Positions 1-8,757 of a DNA stretch of 40,953 bases are shown here, piece by piece; position 1 is the first letter of the stretch, and each line of letters opens with the position of its first letter. The stretch is from positions 1 to 40,953 of the IMG/VR virus record IMGVR_UViG_3300049164_000113; one strand, given 5' to 3'. The DNA is from a virus. Taxonomy: Duplodnaviria; Caudoviricetes. Below the pieces are notes generated by a model. That model had not been told where the DNA came from. It did no database searches and saw nothing but the letters and a program-made list of their open reading frames with translations. The position numbers were made by a program, and so were the translations under genes.

Positions 1-27
1 GTGTGGGCGTGGGGGTTTCGGTGGTGG

Positions 28-141
28 TCATCCCCACAGCTCCCAGGACAGGACAGGCGCGGTGAATACGCCGTGGTAGGGCTGTTCGAGGGTTTTTATG
101 GGGTTGGTCTGGAACAGGGCGAGCAGCTGGGCGAGGGACAT
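28..141 (-). CDS. small hypothetical protein (37 aa, MSLAQLLALFQTNP...)
   Basis: Translated by hand. AGGAGA SD upstream of the ATG at 141; the TGA overlaps the ATG (31) of a next gene that runs off the window edge. Confidence 0.55.
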   Translation of the reverse strand: MSLAQLLALFQTNPIKTLEQPYHGVFTAPVLSWELWG

Positions 142-151
142 CGGGGGTCTC

Positions 152-400
152 CTAGATGAGGGTGCTGTGCAGGGTGGGAACGGATTCCCACAGGCGGTGG
201 TCAAGGGTGGCCAGATGTTCGGGATCGGTGCGGGCGCAACGCCAGCGGTCGCCGGGATGCAGGACGCATTCAGTGACCGGGAGGGTGATCTGAACCGGTG
301 GGCCGGGGATGACGCCGCCGCGCTGGTAGCGGCGGCGCTTACCGCGGACCTTCATGTCTTGGAAGTTGTCGCGGGTGCGGCGCAGCTGACCGCTACTCAT
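152..400 (-). CDS. hypothetical phage protein
   Basis: ORF 152..523 trimmed to ATG 400 (MSSGQLRR...), which overlaps the end of the upstream gene; operon packing. Confidence 0.55.
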   Translation of the reverse strand: MSSGQLRRTRDNFQDMKVRGKRRRYQRGGVIPGPPVQITLPVTECVLHPGDRWRCARTDPEHLATLDHRLWESVPTLHSTLI

Positions 401-806
401 GACGTGCTGCCCATTCCGCATCGACCTCGGACTGGTTTGCGTTGTGTGGCAGCGGCACGCAGCCACCGATGGTGAAGGTGCCGCCGGTGACCTGCGGGGG
501 CGCGATCTCGGGGAACGCTGCATGCAGGGAACCGATGAACTCGCGGAGTTCGGCGAGCACCTGCGCTCGTTTGTCGTCGGGCCACTGGTAGGCGGTCACC
601 TTGAGGTATCCGCTCGGGGTGGTGAATTCGACCGGGATTTCGTCCTCTTCCACTTCCGTGCTCGTGGTGACGGTGACGACGTGGGTGAGGGGTCGCCCGG
701 GGTAGTCGCGGTTGCGAAGTTTCTTGGCGGTGGCGAGATCGTCACCGAGAGAGACGGTTTGGGGGCCCAGGACGACGCGGTAGCTGTGCCGGGTGGTGGT
801 GGGCAT
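393..806 (-). CDS. hypothetical phage protein
   Basis: GGAGG SD before the ATG; fits the minus-strand operon. Confidence 0.7.
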   Translation of the reverse strand: MPTTTRHSYRVVLGPQTVSLGDDLATAKKLRNRDYPGRPLTHVVTVTTSTEVEEDEIPVEFTTPSGYLKVTAYQWPDDKRAQVLAELREFIGSLHAAFPEIAPPQVTGGTFTIGGCVPLPHNANQSEVDAEWAARHE

Positions 807-859
807 GGTTGCCTCCGAGGGTTGGGGCCGGGCCGTATGGTGGCGGCCCGGCCGGAGGG

Positions 860-1705
860 TTACGGGAGAGGTGTGATGGCGGTGGGGGCGGGACCGAACA
901 CCACGGTGTGGTCGTGTTCGTCCTGGAGTCCGGCGGTGACTTCGCCGGTGGCGGTGGCGAACGCTTGGAGGCGCAGGTCATCCAGGGCTGGGAGTTTGAA
1001 TCCGAGACGCAAGCTTTGGCGTTCGATGCGGTACCGCAGTTTCGCGGTCACTTCGATGTAGTCGCCGCCACGCAGCACCGGGATGTGGAGGGTGAAGGAC
1101 TCGGGCACCTCGAGGAGTCCGGCGGCTCCGGCTTTGGCGTCGATTTCTTCGTGGTATCGGAACGACACCGCGCCGTTGTTGAGGCGGTTGGAGGACTCGA
1201 ACACGACTTGGCGGGCGGCTTGGAAGCTTTGGGCGAGTTCGATCATGTCGGCCGCGGTGGGTTCGTGGATGTCGGCGGCGGCGTCTTCGAGCATTTCCGC
1301 GAAGGTGATTTGGTCGAAGAACTGGCCCGACTTCTTCGACCAGCGTTGGAATTGGTCGGATTCGGTGAGCTGCAACACGACTCGGTGATCGAGCCAGTCG
1401 GCCGGGTAGCCGATGATCGCGGTGAGGGTGTTGCGGGTTTCGTCGGCGAAGATCGTGGCGTTGTGGTGGTATCCCATGCCCAGCAGGGTCAGGAACGATC
1501 CGGGGTCGGTGACGGTGGAGGTGCCGCGCAGGCGGCGTGGTTCGGCGGCGTATCGCTCGAGGGACAGGATTTCGGTGCGCTCGTCGCCGCGCAGGATGTT
1601 GTGGATCACCTTGTCCGGGGCGTCGGTGAGGGTTTGGGCGAATCGTGTGGATTCGTGGGCGATTTCGGCGACGGCGGCTGACTCGGTGGTGTGCATGGTG
1701 GTCAC
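860..1705 (-). CDS. DUF2303 (YfdQ-like) family protein
   Basis: Motifs HRVVLQL..S.QF.RW, FDQITFAEMLED, VPESFTLHIPV, AKLRYRI; ATGA overlap with its small upstream partner. Confidence 0.8.
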   Translation of the reverse strand: MTTMHTTESAAVAEIAHESTRFAQTLTDAPDKVIHNILRGDERTEILSLERYAAEPRRLRGTSTVTDPGSFLTLLGMGYHHNATIFADETRNTLTAIIGYPADWLDHRVVLQLTESDQFQRWSKKSGQFFDQITFAEMLEDAAADIHEPTAADMIELAQSFQAARQVVFESSNRLNNGAVSFRYHEEIDAKAGAAGLLEVPESFTLHIPVLRGGDYIEVTAKLRYRIERQSLRLGFKLPALDDLRLQAFATATGEVTAGLQDEHDHTVVFGPAPTAITPLP

Positions 1706-2067
1706 GCGTTTTTCCTTCCGGGGGTGATGGTGCGCAGGCCCTGCGCGACGTTGAGGACGAGCTGCTGGGGGTCGTTGCGGGACGGGTTGCCGTCAGCGTC
1801 GACGTACCAAATCGAGGCAGGCCTGGGCAGGCGCGGGAGTTTGGTGGTCACCGCGTCTTTGATCACCAACATGTCGGTGTCCTTGTGCAGGTCGACGCCG
1901 ATCGTGAGGGTGAGGGAGCCGCTTTTGCGGGTCTCCTGCACCGCGGCGATCAGGTCGTGCAGGAGCTTGCTGGCTTCGTCGTGCACTGCGCCTTTGCGGA
2001 GTTCGGTGAGAAACTGGCTGAACGGCCGGATGTCGGGGCCGTCTGGGTCTTCGGTGGTGTCGGGCAT
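1702..2067 (-). CDS. small partner protein of DUF2303 (YfdP-like)
   Basis: RPFSQFLTELRKG...GSLTLTI...WYVDADGNPSRNDPQQ, typical of the gene upstream of DUF2303. Confidence 0.75.
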   Translation of the reverse strand: MPDTTEDPDGPDIRPFSQFLTELRKGAVHDEASKLLHDLIAAVQETRKSGSLTLTIGVDLHKDTDMLVIKDAVTTKLPRLPRPASIWYVDADGNPSRNDPQQLVLNVAQGLRTITPGRKNA

Positions 2068-2118
2068 GGGGTGGTCCTTTCATTCGGGGGCTTTTGGGCT
2101 GCGGTGGACGCGTCAGGA

Positions 2119-2589
2119 CTACGCCGGGGATGTGCAGGCTCCACACGCCATGGCGTTTGTGGTCTGTCGGAGCAGCACGCTGGTCAAGACCAGCCAGTGT
2201 TCGACCTGTTCGTCATCGAGGGCATCGAGGGCTAGCGAGCGGACGGCGTCGAAGTAGACCGGTTTCGCGGCGGTGATTTGCTCGTAGCCGGCGGGGGTCA
2301 GGACTGCGGTGCGGTAGCGGTTCCCTTCTGTCCGTTGGAGGAGATCGCGGCGTTCCAGGGCCGCCAATGCGTGTGACAGCCGGGACGGGGAGGCGTCGAC
2401 TGCTGCGGCCAGGGCGGACAGTTGGAGCCTGTGGCGGTCGCGGCTGGAGAGGGTCGACAGGACACGGAATTCGAAATGCGTCATCTGGCATTCGCGTGCC
2501 AGGCGTGTGTCTACAGCGGCGGCGAGTCGGGTGGATAGCGACACGAAGGTGTGCCACGCCTGCTGTCGGGTCGGGTCGAGAGCGGTCAT
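2119..2589 (-). CDS. MarR-family winged-helix transcriptional regulator
   Basis: AW..F......L...D..L....MTHFEFRVLSTLS...LSALA......SPSRLSH....LE, then LTPAG: actinobacterial MarR pattern. ATG at 2589. Confidence 0.85.
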   Translation of the reverse strand: MTALDPTRQQAWHTFVSLSTRLAAAVDTRLARECQMTHFEFRVLSTLSSRDRHRLQLSALAAAVDASPSRLSHALAALERRDLLQRTEGNRYRTAVLTPAGYEQITAAKPVYFDAVRSLALDALDDEQVEHWLVLTSVLLRQTTNAMACGACTSPA

Positions 2590-2942
2590 GTGGACTCCGT
2601 TTCCACCAGGTACAGGCGGCAGGCCGGCCACCAGGCGCGGATGTCTGGTCCCCATGAGCCGCGGCTGTTGTAGGTCCCTGCCTGCTGGCATTTGAGGAAG
2701 GTTTTGTTTCCCGCGCCGGTCTTGTAGAGGTGGGTGCAGCCTTTGCAGCGCAGGCCGGGGCCGGTCTGTGCGGTGGCGGCGTCACGGTGGAGGGGTTCGC
2801 GGGTGCCGGGGTTGTATCCGGCGGTGATCAGGGCGCGTTGGCGTGCGGTTCGACGGGCGTCGCGGCCCATGCCCGCGTACGGGTCGGGGATTTCGACCGG
2901 TTCTATGTCGGGGAACAGCGGCGGATCAGGCGGGATGGTCAT
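2586..2942 (-). CDS. hypothetical Cys-containing phage protein
   Basis: CKGCTH...C...WPAC pattern; ATGA coupling to the next gene. Confidence 0.7.
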   Translation of the reverse strand: MTIPPDPPLFPDIEPVEIPDPYAGMGRDARRTARQRALITAGYNPGTREPLHRDAATAQTGPGLRCKGCTHLYKTGAGNKTFLKCQQAGTYNSRGSWGPDIRAWWPACRLYLVETEST

Positions 2943-3060
2943 CGGGTTCCTGTTGGGTGCGGTCGTATTCGTTGGTGTGTTCGCCTTGGTTTTTGCAGTA
3001 GCGGCAGCCGTTTCCGTTGCAGAACTGGCACAGCGACCAAAGGCGGTTGGGGTGGCGCAT
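2926..3060 (-). CDS. small zinc-finger-like protein (CQFCNGNGCRYC)
   Basis: ATG 3060 overlaps the upstream stop; CxxC-x4-CxxC. Confidence 0.5.
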   Translation of the reverse strand: MRHPNRLWSLCQFCNGNGCRYCKNQGEHTNEYDRTQQEPDDHPA

Positions 3061-3893
3061 CAGAACGGGGGTTCGCCTGGGTCGGTCCAGGACGGCGGCG
3101 GTTCGGTGAGTGTTGAGACGGCCGCCCACGGGTCATCGGGCTGGATTTGGCCCCTGTAGTTCCCGCCGCAGGTGTTGCAGGGTTCTTCGCCGTATCCGCC
3201 GGATCCGCCGCAGTCGGGACAGTGCTCGAATTCGACTGGCCGCCAGGGTTTGTGGACGGTGAGGACTTCGCGTTCCACGACGGCCGCGCCGAGATCCTGC
3301 GGGGTGAGTCCGAGGGCGTGGGCTTGGTGCAGCATGTTGTCGTATTGGGCGACGGCCGCTTCCAGGGTGGGCCGTTCGGTGATGCGTCCGTGGCGGTCGC
3401 GGACACCGAATTGGATTGCGGTGGTGGTGTCGTCGGCCGGTTGGGGGGCGGGTTTGGTGGTGGCGCGGAGTCCGAGGATCTTGAGGTTCAGCTGTTCGTT
3501 TTCGAGGCGGAGGTCCCGGCACTGGTACTCAAGGTCGATCTTCTCCAGGGCGGTGTTTCGGTGGCGGCCGACGATGCAGCGCGCCCACATCAGAACCGCT
3601 TCGGTGTCGGTGCGGGACAGGCCATCCTCGGCGCGGTGACGTTCGATGTAGCGTTCGGCGAACGCGCCGGGGTCGGATGGTTCGATTGGGTGTTCGTGAC
3701 CGCAGGTATCGCAGGTGGGCCAGTCGGGGCCGTTGCCTTCGGGGTCGATCAGTACGGCGAGGTCGCGGGCATGCAGGACTTTGCCGTCGATTTCACCGAT
3801 TACGCCGTCGCCGAACGCTTCGAGGTAGTGGCCTACGCGGCGGGCGGCAGCGTCGATGTCGGGCGAGCCTTCTCGGGCTTCGTCGGGGGTCAT
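3060..3893 (-). CDS. hypothetical protein with DnaJ-type zinc-finger motifs
   Basis: CPDCGGSG...CNTCGG near the C-terminus; AGGA SD and TGATG overlap at 3893. Confidence 0.7.
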   Translation of the reverse strand: MTPDEAREGSPDIDAAARRVGHYLEAFGDGVIGEIDGKVLHARDLAVLIDPEGNGPDWPTCDTCGHEHPIEPSDPGAFAERYIERHRAEDGLSRTDTEAVLMWARCIVGRHRNTALEKIDLEYQCRDLRLENEQLNLKILGLRATTKPAPQPADDTTTAIQFGVRDRHGRITERPTLEAAVAQYDNMLHQAHALGLTPQDLGAAVVEREVLTVHKPWRPVEFEHCPDCGGSGGYGEEPCNTCGGNYRGQIQPDDPWAAVSTLTEPPPSWTDPGEPPF

Positions 3894-4219
3894 CAGATTC
3901 CTTCGTGGTGGCATTCGCACCGCGCGCCGCCGGGGCACGCACGCGCGGGAATGGGGGCGGTGACCGGCGCGGCGGCGGCTTCGGTGATTTGGTCGAGGGC
4001 ATCGAGCACGGCGACGAACTCGGCGGGTTCCTCGATCGAAATGACTTCCGCGACTTTCCATGCACCACTGAGGATTTCGGTGAGGTAGTCGCGGGCCTGT
4101 TCGATGGTGGTGATGGAGGGTGTGCGGTCGATGACGAGACGCCGCGCCGCTGCGCCGGTGTCGTCATTGTGTACGTAGACGACGAATTGCGCTGGCACGA
4201 GCGGGTGTTCAGGTTCCAT
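3893..4219 (-). CDS. hypothetical phage protein
   Basis: GGAGGAG SD before ATG 4219; lies downstream of a sigma-A-like promoter. Confidence 0.65.
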   Translation of the reverse strand: MEPEHPLVPAQFVVYVHNDDTGAAARRLVIDRTPSITTIEQARDYLTEILSGAWKVAEVISIEEPAEFVAVLDALDQITEAAAAPVTAPIPARACPGGARCECHHEGI

Positions 4220-4270
4220 AGGTTCCGGCTCCTCCGGGTGTTTGAGGGCTTGATCCCTCGAACGGGCTTG

Positions 4271-4299
4271 AATATACATACGTTAACCGGCTAGGGCAA
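4271..4299 (-). promoter_or_regulatory. sigma-A-type promoter TTGCCC-N17-TATATT (TG immediately 5' of -10)
   Basis: Read directly from the reverse complement; AT-rich island in a GC-rich genome; intergenic. Confidence 0.6.
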
Positions 4300-4317
4300 G
4301 GCCGGTTTGGAGACTGA

Positions 4318-4509
4318 TCAGTCGTTGCGGCGCGGGGGTGGCGTGGTGTCGGTGAGGTAACCGAACAGCCACTCCGTCAGGACGCTCACGCCGATCGCGT
4401 CGGATAGCGAAACTGGTCCTACCAGTAGATTGCGCTCATTGTCGACTAGTGCGACCTCGCGGTTTGCGTTGACGACGATGTGCACGTCGCTGGGTGACCA
4501 GTCGGACAT
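4318..4509 (-). CDS. small hypothetical protein (63 aa)
   Basis: AAGGAG SD before ATG 4509; has its own promoter upstream. Confidence 0.65.
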   Translation of the reverse strand: MSDWSPSDVHIVVNANREVALVDNERNLLVGPVSLSDAIGVSVLTEWLFGYLTDTTPPPRRND

Positions 4510-4556
4510 CGGGCTCCTTCCCGTGCGGTGAGGGCTGAATCCCTCTGGCGTGGGCA

Positions 4557-4585
4557 ATTATACACACTTAACCGTGGTCGGTCAA
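4557..4585 (-). promoter_or_regulatory. near-consensus sigma-A promoter TTGACC-N17-TATAAT with extended -10
   Basis: Read directly from the reverse complement. Confidence 0.75.
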
Positions 4586-5362
4586 AACTGGGTTATCGGT
4601 GAGCTCTCGGCCCCGTAGACGGACAACGGTGCGCTTGTCGATGCCCATGCGATCAGCGATTTCCCTGGCACTCAGCCGCTTTCGGGTGAGCTCCTGCACC
4701 TCGGCGGCCCTGGCATCGGCCGCCTCCGCTTTGCCCAGTGCCGGCGGTGGCTCCGCGGTGCATGGTGTGACCTCCACGCGCGGGTCATCGATATCGAGGT
4801 CTTCCCAATCCAGTGTCGAGGGCCAGTGTCGGCGGGCTCCGTACAGCCGCGCGCGCTCGCTGGGGCCAGGAGTGCCCGACAGCTGGGTGTATATGTCGTA
4901 GATCGCTTTCCAGACTGGCCAGGGAATGATTCGTGGTGTGCGCCGGGCGAGGACTTGAACCCGGTCGATCGACAGGCCGCAGCGGGCAGCGAGTTCGTTG
5001 AAGGGCCAGCCGATCCGGTGCAGGGCGTGGAGGCGGCGGGCGGCTCCGATCCCGAGCACCCGGCCTTGGCGTTCGTTCGGCCGGAACGAAGCCTTGTGCA
5101 GCGCGTCAGCAGCGCGGATGCGGACGGTGGGGAAGGTGCCGAGATAGATGTCGACCACGGCAGGGCCACAAAGGCCAGTGTCGCGGGCGATGCTGGCGCA
5201 GGGCAACCCCAGATCGTCCACCAGATGCTGGAGGTGAGCGCGCACGGAATCGACCGGCAGATAGCCCGGCATGCCTGCGTAGCGGGTGTTCATCGTGTAG
5301 CGAGCACGTTTGCGTCCCTGGGGTTTCCACCTGCTGGAGGCCCGGCTGGTGGGTGTGGTCAC
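4568..5362 (-). CDS. multi-HTH DNA-binding protein
   Basis: VRAHLQHL...GAARRLHALHRIGW... and C-terminal HTH LSAREIADRMGIDKRTVVRLR; GTGA overlap at 5362. Confidence 0.75.
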   Translation of the reverse strand: MTTPTSRASSRWKPQGRKRARYTMNTRYAGMPGYLPVDSVRAHLQHLVDDLGLPCASIARDTGLCGPAVVDIYLGTFPTVRIRAADALHKASFRPNERQGRVLGIGAARRLHALHRIGWPFNELAARCGLSIDRVQVLARRTPRIIPWPVWKAIYDIYTQLSGTPGPSERARLYGARRHWPSTLDWEDLDIDDPRVEVTPCTAEPPPALGKAEAADARAAEVQELTRKRLSAREIADRMGIDKRTVVRLRGRELTDNPVLTDHG

Positions 5363-5934
5363 GCGGTCACCTCGAACAACGGCAGTGTGCAATCTGGTTG
5401 GCGTCCCCGGCGCCGGCGGGTGGGGGCGGGTTTGACGATGATGATCTGATCCGGGATGGGTTCGGCGCAGCGCCGCCGCATCTCCGCGAGTTGGTCGATG
5501 AGTCGTCCACGGGCTTGGCGTAGGTGATCGAGTTCGGCGAAGGTCGCGGTGAGCGCGGCGGGGGTGATCCGTGACGCGGCAGCACGGCTTTCGGCCCGCT
5601 CGCTGGCCGCCTGAGCGACGAGCAGGCGAGTGGTGAGTACTGCGACGGGTTCGCCTCTTGCTGTCTGCACAGTGCGTCGTGAGCAGTGCAGCCAGGCGGC
5701 GATGGTTTCGGTGTGCACGCCGCGGTGGGTGAGGTGCGCGATCAGCCATGCTCGGTCGTGGGCGGTGAGTTGGTCATGCCGGACGCGGCCCGCGATAGCG
5801 GCCTCGATGAGCATTTCGTCGGGCTCCCAGCGTGGCTGGGGCTGGTGCAGTGGCGTTACCACGGCGACGGTGGTGACCTCGAGGTGTAGCGCGAGGGTGT
5901 CTTGTACGCCGGTGGGCGTGCGACGTCGGGTCAT
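5359..5934 (-). CDS. HTH-containing hypothetical protein
   Basis: HTETIAAWLHCSRRTVQTAR helix-turn-helix; GGAGG SD and ATGA overlap at 5934. Confidence 0.7.
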   Translation of the reverse strand: MTRRRTPTGVQDTLALHLEVTTVAVVTPLHQPQPRWEPDEMLIEAAIAGRVRHDQLTAHDRAWLIAHLTHRGVHTETIAAWLHCSRRTVQTARGEPVAVLTTRLLVAQAASERAESRAAASRITPAALTATFAELDHLRQARGRLIDQLAEMRRRCAEPIPDQIIIVKPAPTRRRRGRQPDCTLPLFEVTA

Positions 5935-6209
5935 CGAATCCTCCGGGGCGGGGTGGGGTCGGCTCCGTCGCTGGCGCGCCGGTACTGCTGTGGGTGGGCC
6001 TCCTCGCGGGCGCGGCCTTCGCGCAGGAGCCGGGCGGCCTGGTGGACGTCGGCGGGTTTGGGGGTCAGTAGCTGCTCGGGGTCGTGGCGGCAGCGGTGCG
6101 CCCACCCGGTCTTCTCCTCCGCGCCGATCACCCATCCGTACTCGTCGCAGAGATCGCAGTCCGCGCTCGAGTGGATCGACAGCACTTGCTTGGGTTCGTG
6201 GCGGCTCAT
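5931..6209 (-). CDS. small Cys/His protein (CDLCDEYGW...CRH) downstream of the replication initiator
   Basis: GGAG SD; ATG 6209 overlaps the TGA at 6206-6208. Confidence 0.6.
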   Translation of the reverse strand: MSRHEPKQVLSIHSSADCDLCDEYGWVIGAEEKTGWAHRCRHDPEQLLTPKPADVHQAARLLREGRAREEAHPQQYRRASDGADPTPPRRIR

Positions 6210-6873
6210 GACCGGCTCCGGAGGGAAGTTGTCCACAGGCTCGGGCGGCGCGCTGGTGAGGTTGCGTTGAGAGCCGGGGACGCGTCTATGGGTTGGTATG
6301 TGGTTGGTATGGGTTGGTGGGGGCTCACCCATGAGCCATAGACTTCGCTGAAATGAGCTCTAGACTTCGCTGAAATGAGCTCTAGACTTACCGGCGTTTC
6401 AGATGTCTGGGTATCACCGGTGAGCCCTAGACCTGTTGCAGACCAACGGGTCTGAGTGTCATGGGTGAGCCTTAGACCGTCCGGTCTGGGGATAACTCCA
6501 GGGCTCACGGGTGAGCTATAGACCCGCCGATTTCCGCCGGGGCAGCCAACGGCAACTCCGTCACATTCGACGGCACCGACAGCCGGTACTCGTCGGCGTG
6601 CTTGGCCCACCGGTTCCCGTGCTTCACCTTCTCCAGAAGTCCGGCATCCCGCAGGAATTCCAGGCTCCGCTTGACCGTGGCCGCGCTCTTGCGCGTGACC
6701 AGCGCCAGTTCCTCCACGCCCGGAAAGACGTTCGACCCGTCCGGATCGGCGTACGTGGAGACCATCAGCGCCATGTATTTGTGCTGTGCGGGGATATCGA
6801 GAGCTCGGATCCAACGCTGGTACTCGAATGAGCCCACCGGCTTGCGCGCGCAGGCGTCGCCCATACCGTCCAC
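6206..6873 (-). CDS. replication initiator (N-terminal winged HTH), apparently split by a -1 frameshift near 6505-6540
   Basis: 6505..6873 has a Rep-type HTH (STYADPDG..VFPGVEELA..T.KS..TVKRSL..LRDAGLL). The -1 frame stays open across the iterons to a TGA coupled with the next ATG. Confidence 0.65.
6316..6523. repeat. iteron array, putative replication origin
   Basis: Six TGAGCYHTAGAC units at 6332, 6354, 6376, 6421, 6466, 6512 (spacings 22, 22, 45, 45, 46). Four are preceded by degenerate inverted copies. Includes an exact 22-bp tandem duplication. Confidence 0.8.
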
Positions 6874-6945
6874 CTTCCAACACCAGTGACGCCGCGAAAC
6901 CTCCTAGGCCACAATGGCTTTCGCATCGCATTGATAGCTTCTCTC

Positions 6946-7012
6946 CACCCCGCTCGGGCGGGGTGCGGTAATGCGAGCGGGTGGGAGTCGACTGCTATTC
7001 GGCTCCCACCCG
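6946..7012 (-). terminator. two GC-rich hairpins between erf and rep
   Basis: caccccgc/gcggggtg (6946-6965) and cgggtgggagtcga/tcggctcccacccg (6978-7012); no U-tract. Confidence 0.45.
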
Positions 7013-7024
7013 AGCGCGGGGAAT

Positions 7025-7693
7025 TCAGGAATCGGCAGGCGCGGCAGCGGCCCAGCTGTCCTGGTACTGCTTGGTCAACGCCTGAATCTGGCTGGCGTCC
7101 AGGCAATCCCGGATGTCGCGTCCGTCGTGTTCACTGGCGAACCGGTGAACAGCGTCGGCGTGCAGCTGGTCGAACACGTCCTGGTCGCCGCCTGCCCGCC
7201 ACCGGAACAGCTCGGTCAGCTCCTCCAGCGCGGCGCGGGCGTCGGGTTGCTCCGGTGAGCGTTCGTGGCTCGAGGCGTCGGGGTCGGGTTGCCGTGTCGG
7301 GATCGATAGCCCCTGAAGCAGGAACACTCGCAGCGCTACCGATTGCGCTTTCGACACGGCTTTGTCGCCCGAGTCGGCCGCCTCTCCGAAGGTGCTACCG
7401 GTCTTCTCGTCGCCCGCAGGCCCATACGCGGTGAACCGCATGTGCACCTCGGCGCACTTCATACCGGTGCCGCGTGTGGTTCGGTACCGTTCGGTCCGCA
7501 GCCACAGGGCTTCCGGAAGCAGGAGCACACGGTGCTTGCGCAGTACCGGCCCGATGTCGTTCATGACGGCATCAATGCCCCGGAACCAGAAGCCTTGCTC
7601 CTGATTCCGGTCCTTCTTCTCGATCGCCTGCACGTCACCCATGACGTCCAACATCGCTTCCACCACAGTGCGTTTCGGCACCGGCGCGGTCAC
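7025..7693 (-). CDS. erf: ERF-family single-strand annealing protein
   Basis: VM.DV.AI.K..RN..QGF.FRGIDAVMN...P.L.KH and GEAADSGDKAVSKAQSVA; GTGA start overlap. Confidence 0.85.
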   Translation of the reverse strand: MTAPVPKRTVVEAMLDVMGDVQAIEKKDRNQEQGFWFRGIDAVMNDIGPVLRKHRVLLLPEALWLRTERYRTTRGTGMKCAEVHMRFTAYGPAGDEKTGSTFGEAADSGDKAVSKAQSVALRVFLLQGLSIPTRQPDPDASSHERSPEQPDARAALEELTELFRWRAGGDQDVFDQLHADAVHRFASEHDGRDIRDCLDASQIQALTKQYQDSWAAAAPADS

Positions 7694-8310
7694 TGCGGGG
7701 GCTCCAGCTCCTTCAGGACCGGGCTGGCACCGAACAGCCCGTGCACGGCCGCACGCGCGTGTTTGGATGGCCGCACAGTCAAGCTGGGGCTGGGCAGACG
7801 CCGCGCGGTACCCGGAACCTCCTCGGAGGCAGCACGTTTCAACGCTTCCTCGCACGCCGTAGTGGTCACTGTCCGATGCAGCTTCAGCAGGTGCGGAGCG
7901 TGCTCCGCGACCAACGCCGCCACCGCAACGGGATCGGTGTACTCCACCCACGGTTCAACCTTGTCCGGGTACTCCTGGCGGCAGTACGCATCGAACGCTG
8001 CACTGTCGGTGATATACGCCTCCACCTGCGGATTCGACATGCTCACCGTACCGAGGGTGATCAACTCGTCCTGCGGGTCGCGGGCGGTGATCTTGCTACC
8101 TCGCGGCATTCGCCGGTACAGCTCCGTGCGGTGCGTTTCCCGCTGCTCGGCTACCGCCTTGGCGAGATCGGACAGCAGCGTCACCCGAGCGCTCAGCTCA
8201 TCGAGTGACACGTCCGCGAGGGGGGCGGCGGCTACCGAAGTGGTTGCGGCCCTAGTGATCTGAGCGTCGGCCGTGGAATCGTTGACGCCGCGTGTGGTTG
8301 GCGTGCTCAT
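7690..8310 (-). CDS. hypothetical phage protein
   Basis: Coupled start/stop with both neighbours; upstream of erf. Confidence 0.7.
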   Translation of the reverse strand: MSTPTTRGVNDSTADAQITRAATTSVAAAPLADVSLDELSARVTLLSDLAKAVAEQRETHRTELYRRMPRGSKITARDPQDELITLGTVSMSNPQVEAYITDSAAFDAYCRQEYPDKVEPWVEYTDPVAVAALVAEHAPHLLKLHRTVTTTACEEALKRAASEEVPGTARRLPSPSLTVRPSKHARAAVHGLFGASPVLKELEPPQ

Positions 8311-8627
8311 GCAGCACCAGCCTTAACCGGCTTCGAGCTCGAGGCGCGACGGGAAGTCGAGGGCCTCGACCGGGACATACGCGAACTGTGGGCGGGCGGG
8401 TCTGCGGGAGGACTTTCGGGGTCCTCGGCCGCCGGTTCCCACTCCGGATCCCAATTGTTCTGCTTCATCCACTTTTCGACGTCGGCCCGGCTGTACCGGA
8501 CGCGCGCACACGGCGTATCGCCGCACTTCTTATAGACCGGCCCCCGGCCCTGTGTACGCCACCGCGCCAACGTGACGTGATGAATCTTCATCACTTCTGC
8601 GGCCTGACGGTTGGTCAGATAATCCAT
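8307..8627 (-). CDS. AlpA/excisionase-like (HTH_17) DNA-binding protein
   Basis: YLTNRQAAEVMKIHHVTLARWRTQGRGP.Y.K...VRY...DV..W; ATG 8627. Confidence 0.8.
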   Translation of the reverse strand: MDYLTNRQAAEVMKIHHVTLARWRTQGRGPVYKKCGDTPCARVRYSRADVEKWMKQNNWDPEWEPAAEDPESPPADPPAHSSRMSRSRPSTSRRASSSKPVKAGAA

Positions 8628-8757
8628 TGTTCGGCTGTCCCTTTCCCAAGGTACGGAAAGGGGAGTCGCATCTACTGACGGTAGGCAAAGGCTAGCTAAA
8701 GAGTGGCGTTGACCGGGGGTGCTCTGTTGCTCCCCGGTAGGCAGATAGGCTAACCTG

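Noticed and set aside
6332-6523. Regularly spaced repeats resembling a CRISPR array
   Set aside because: Units are only 12 bp and degenerate, lie within a replication gene, and no cas genes are present; iterons fit better.
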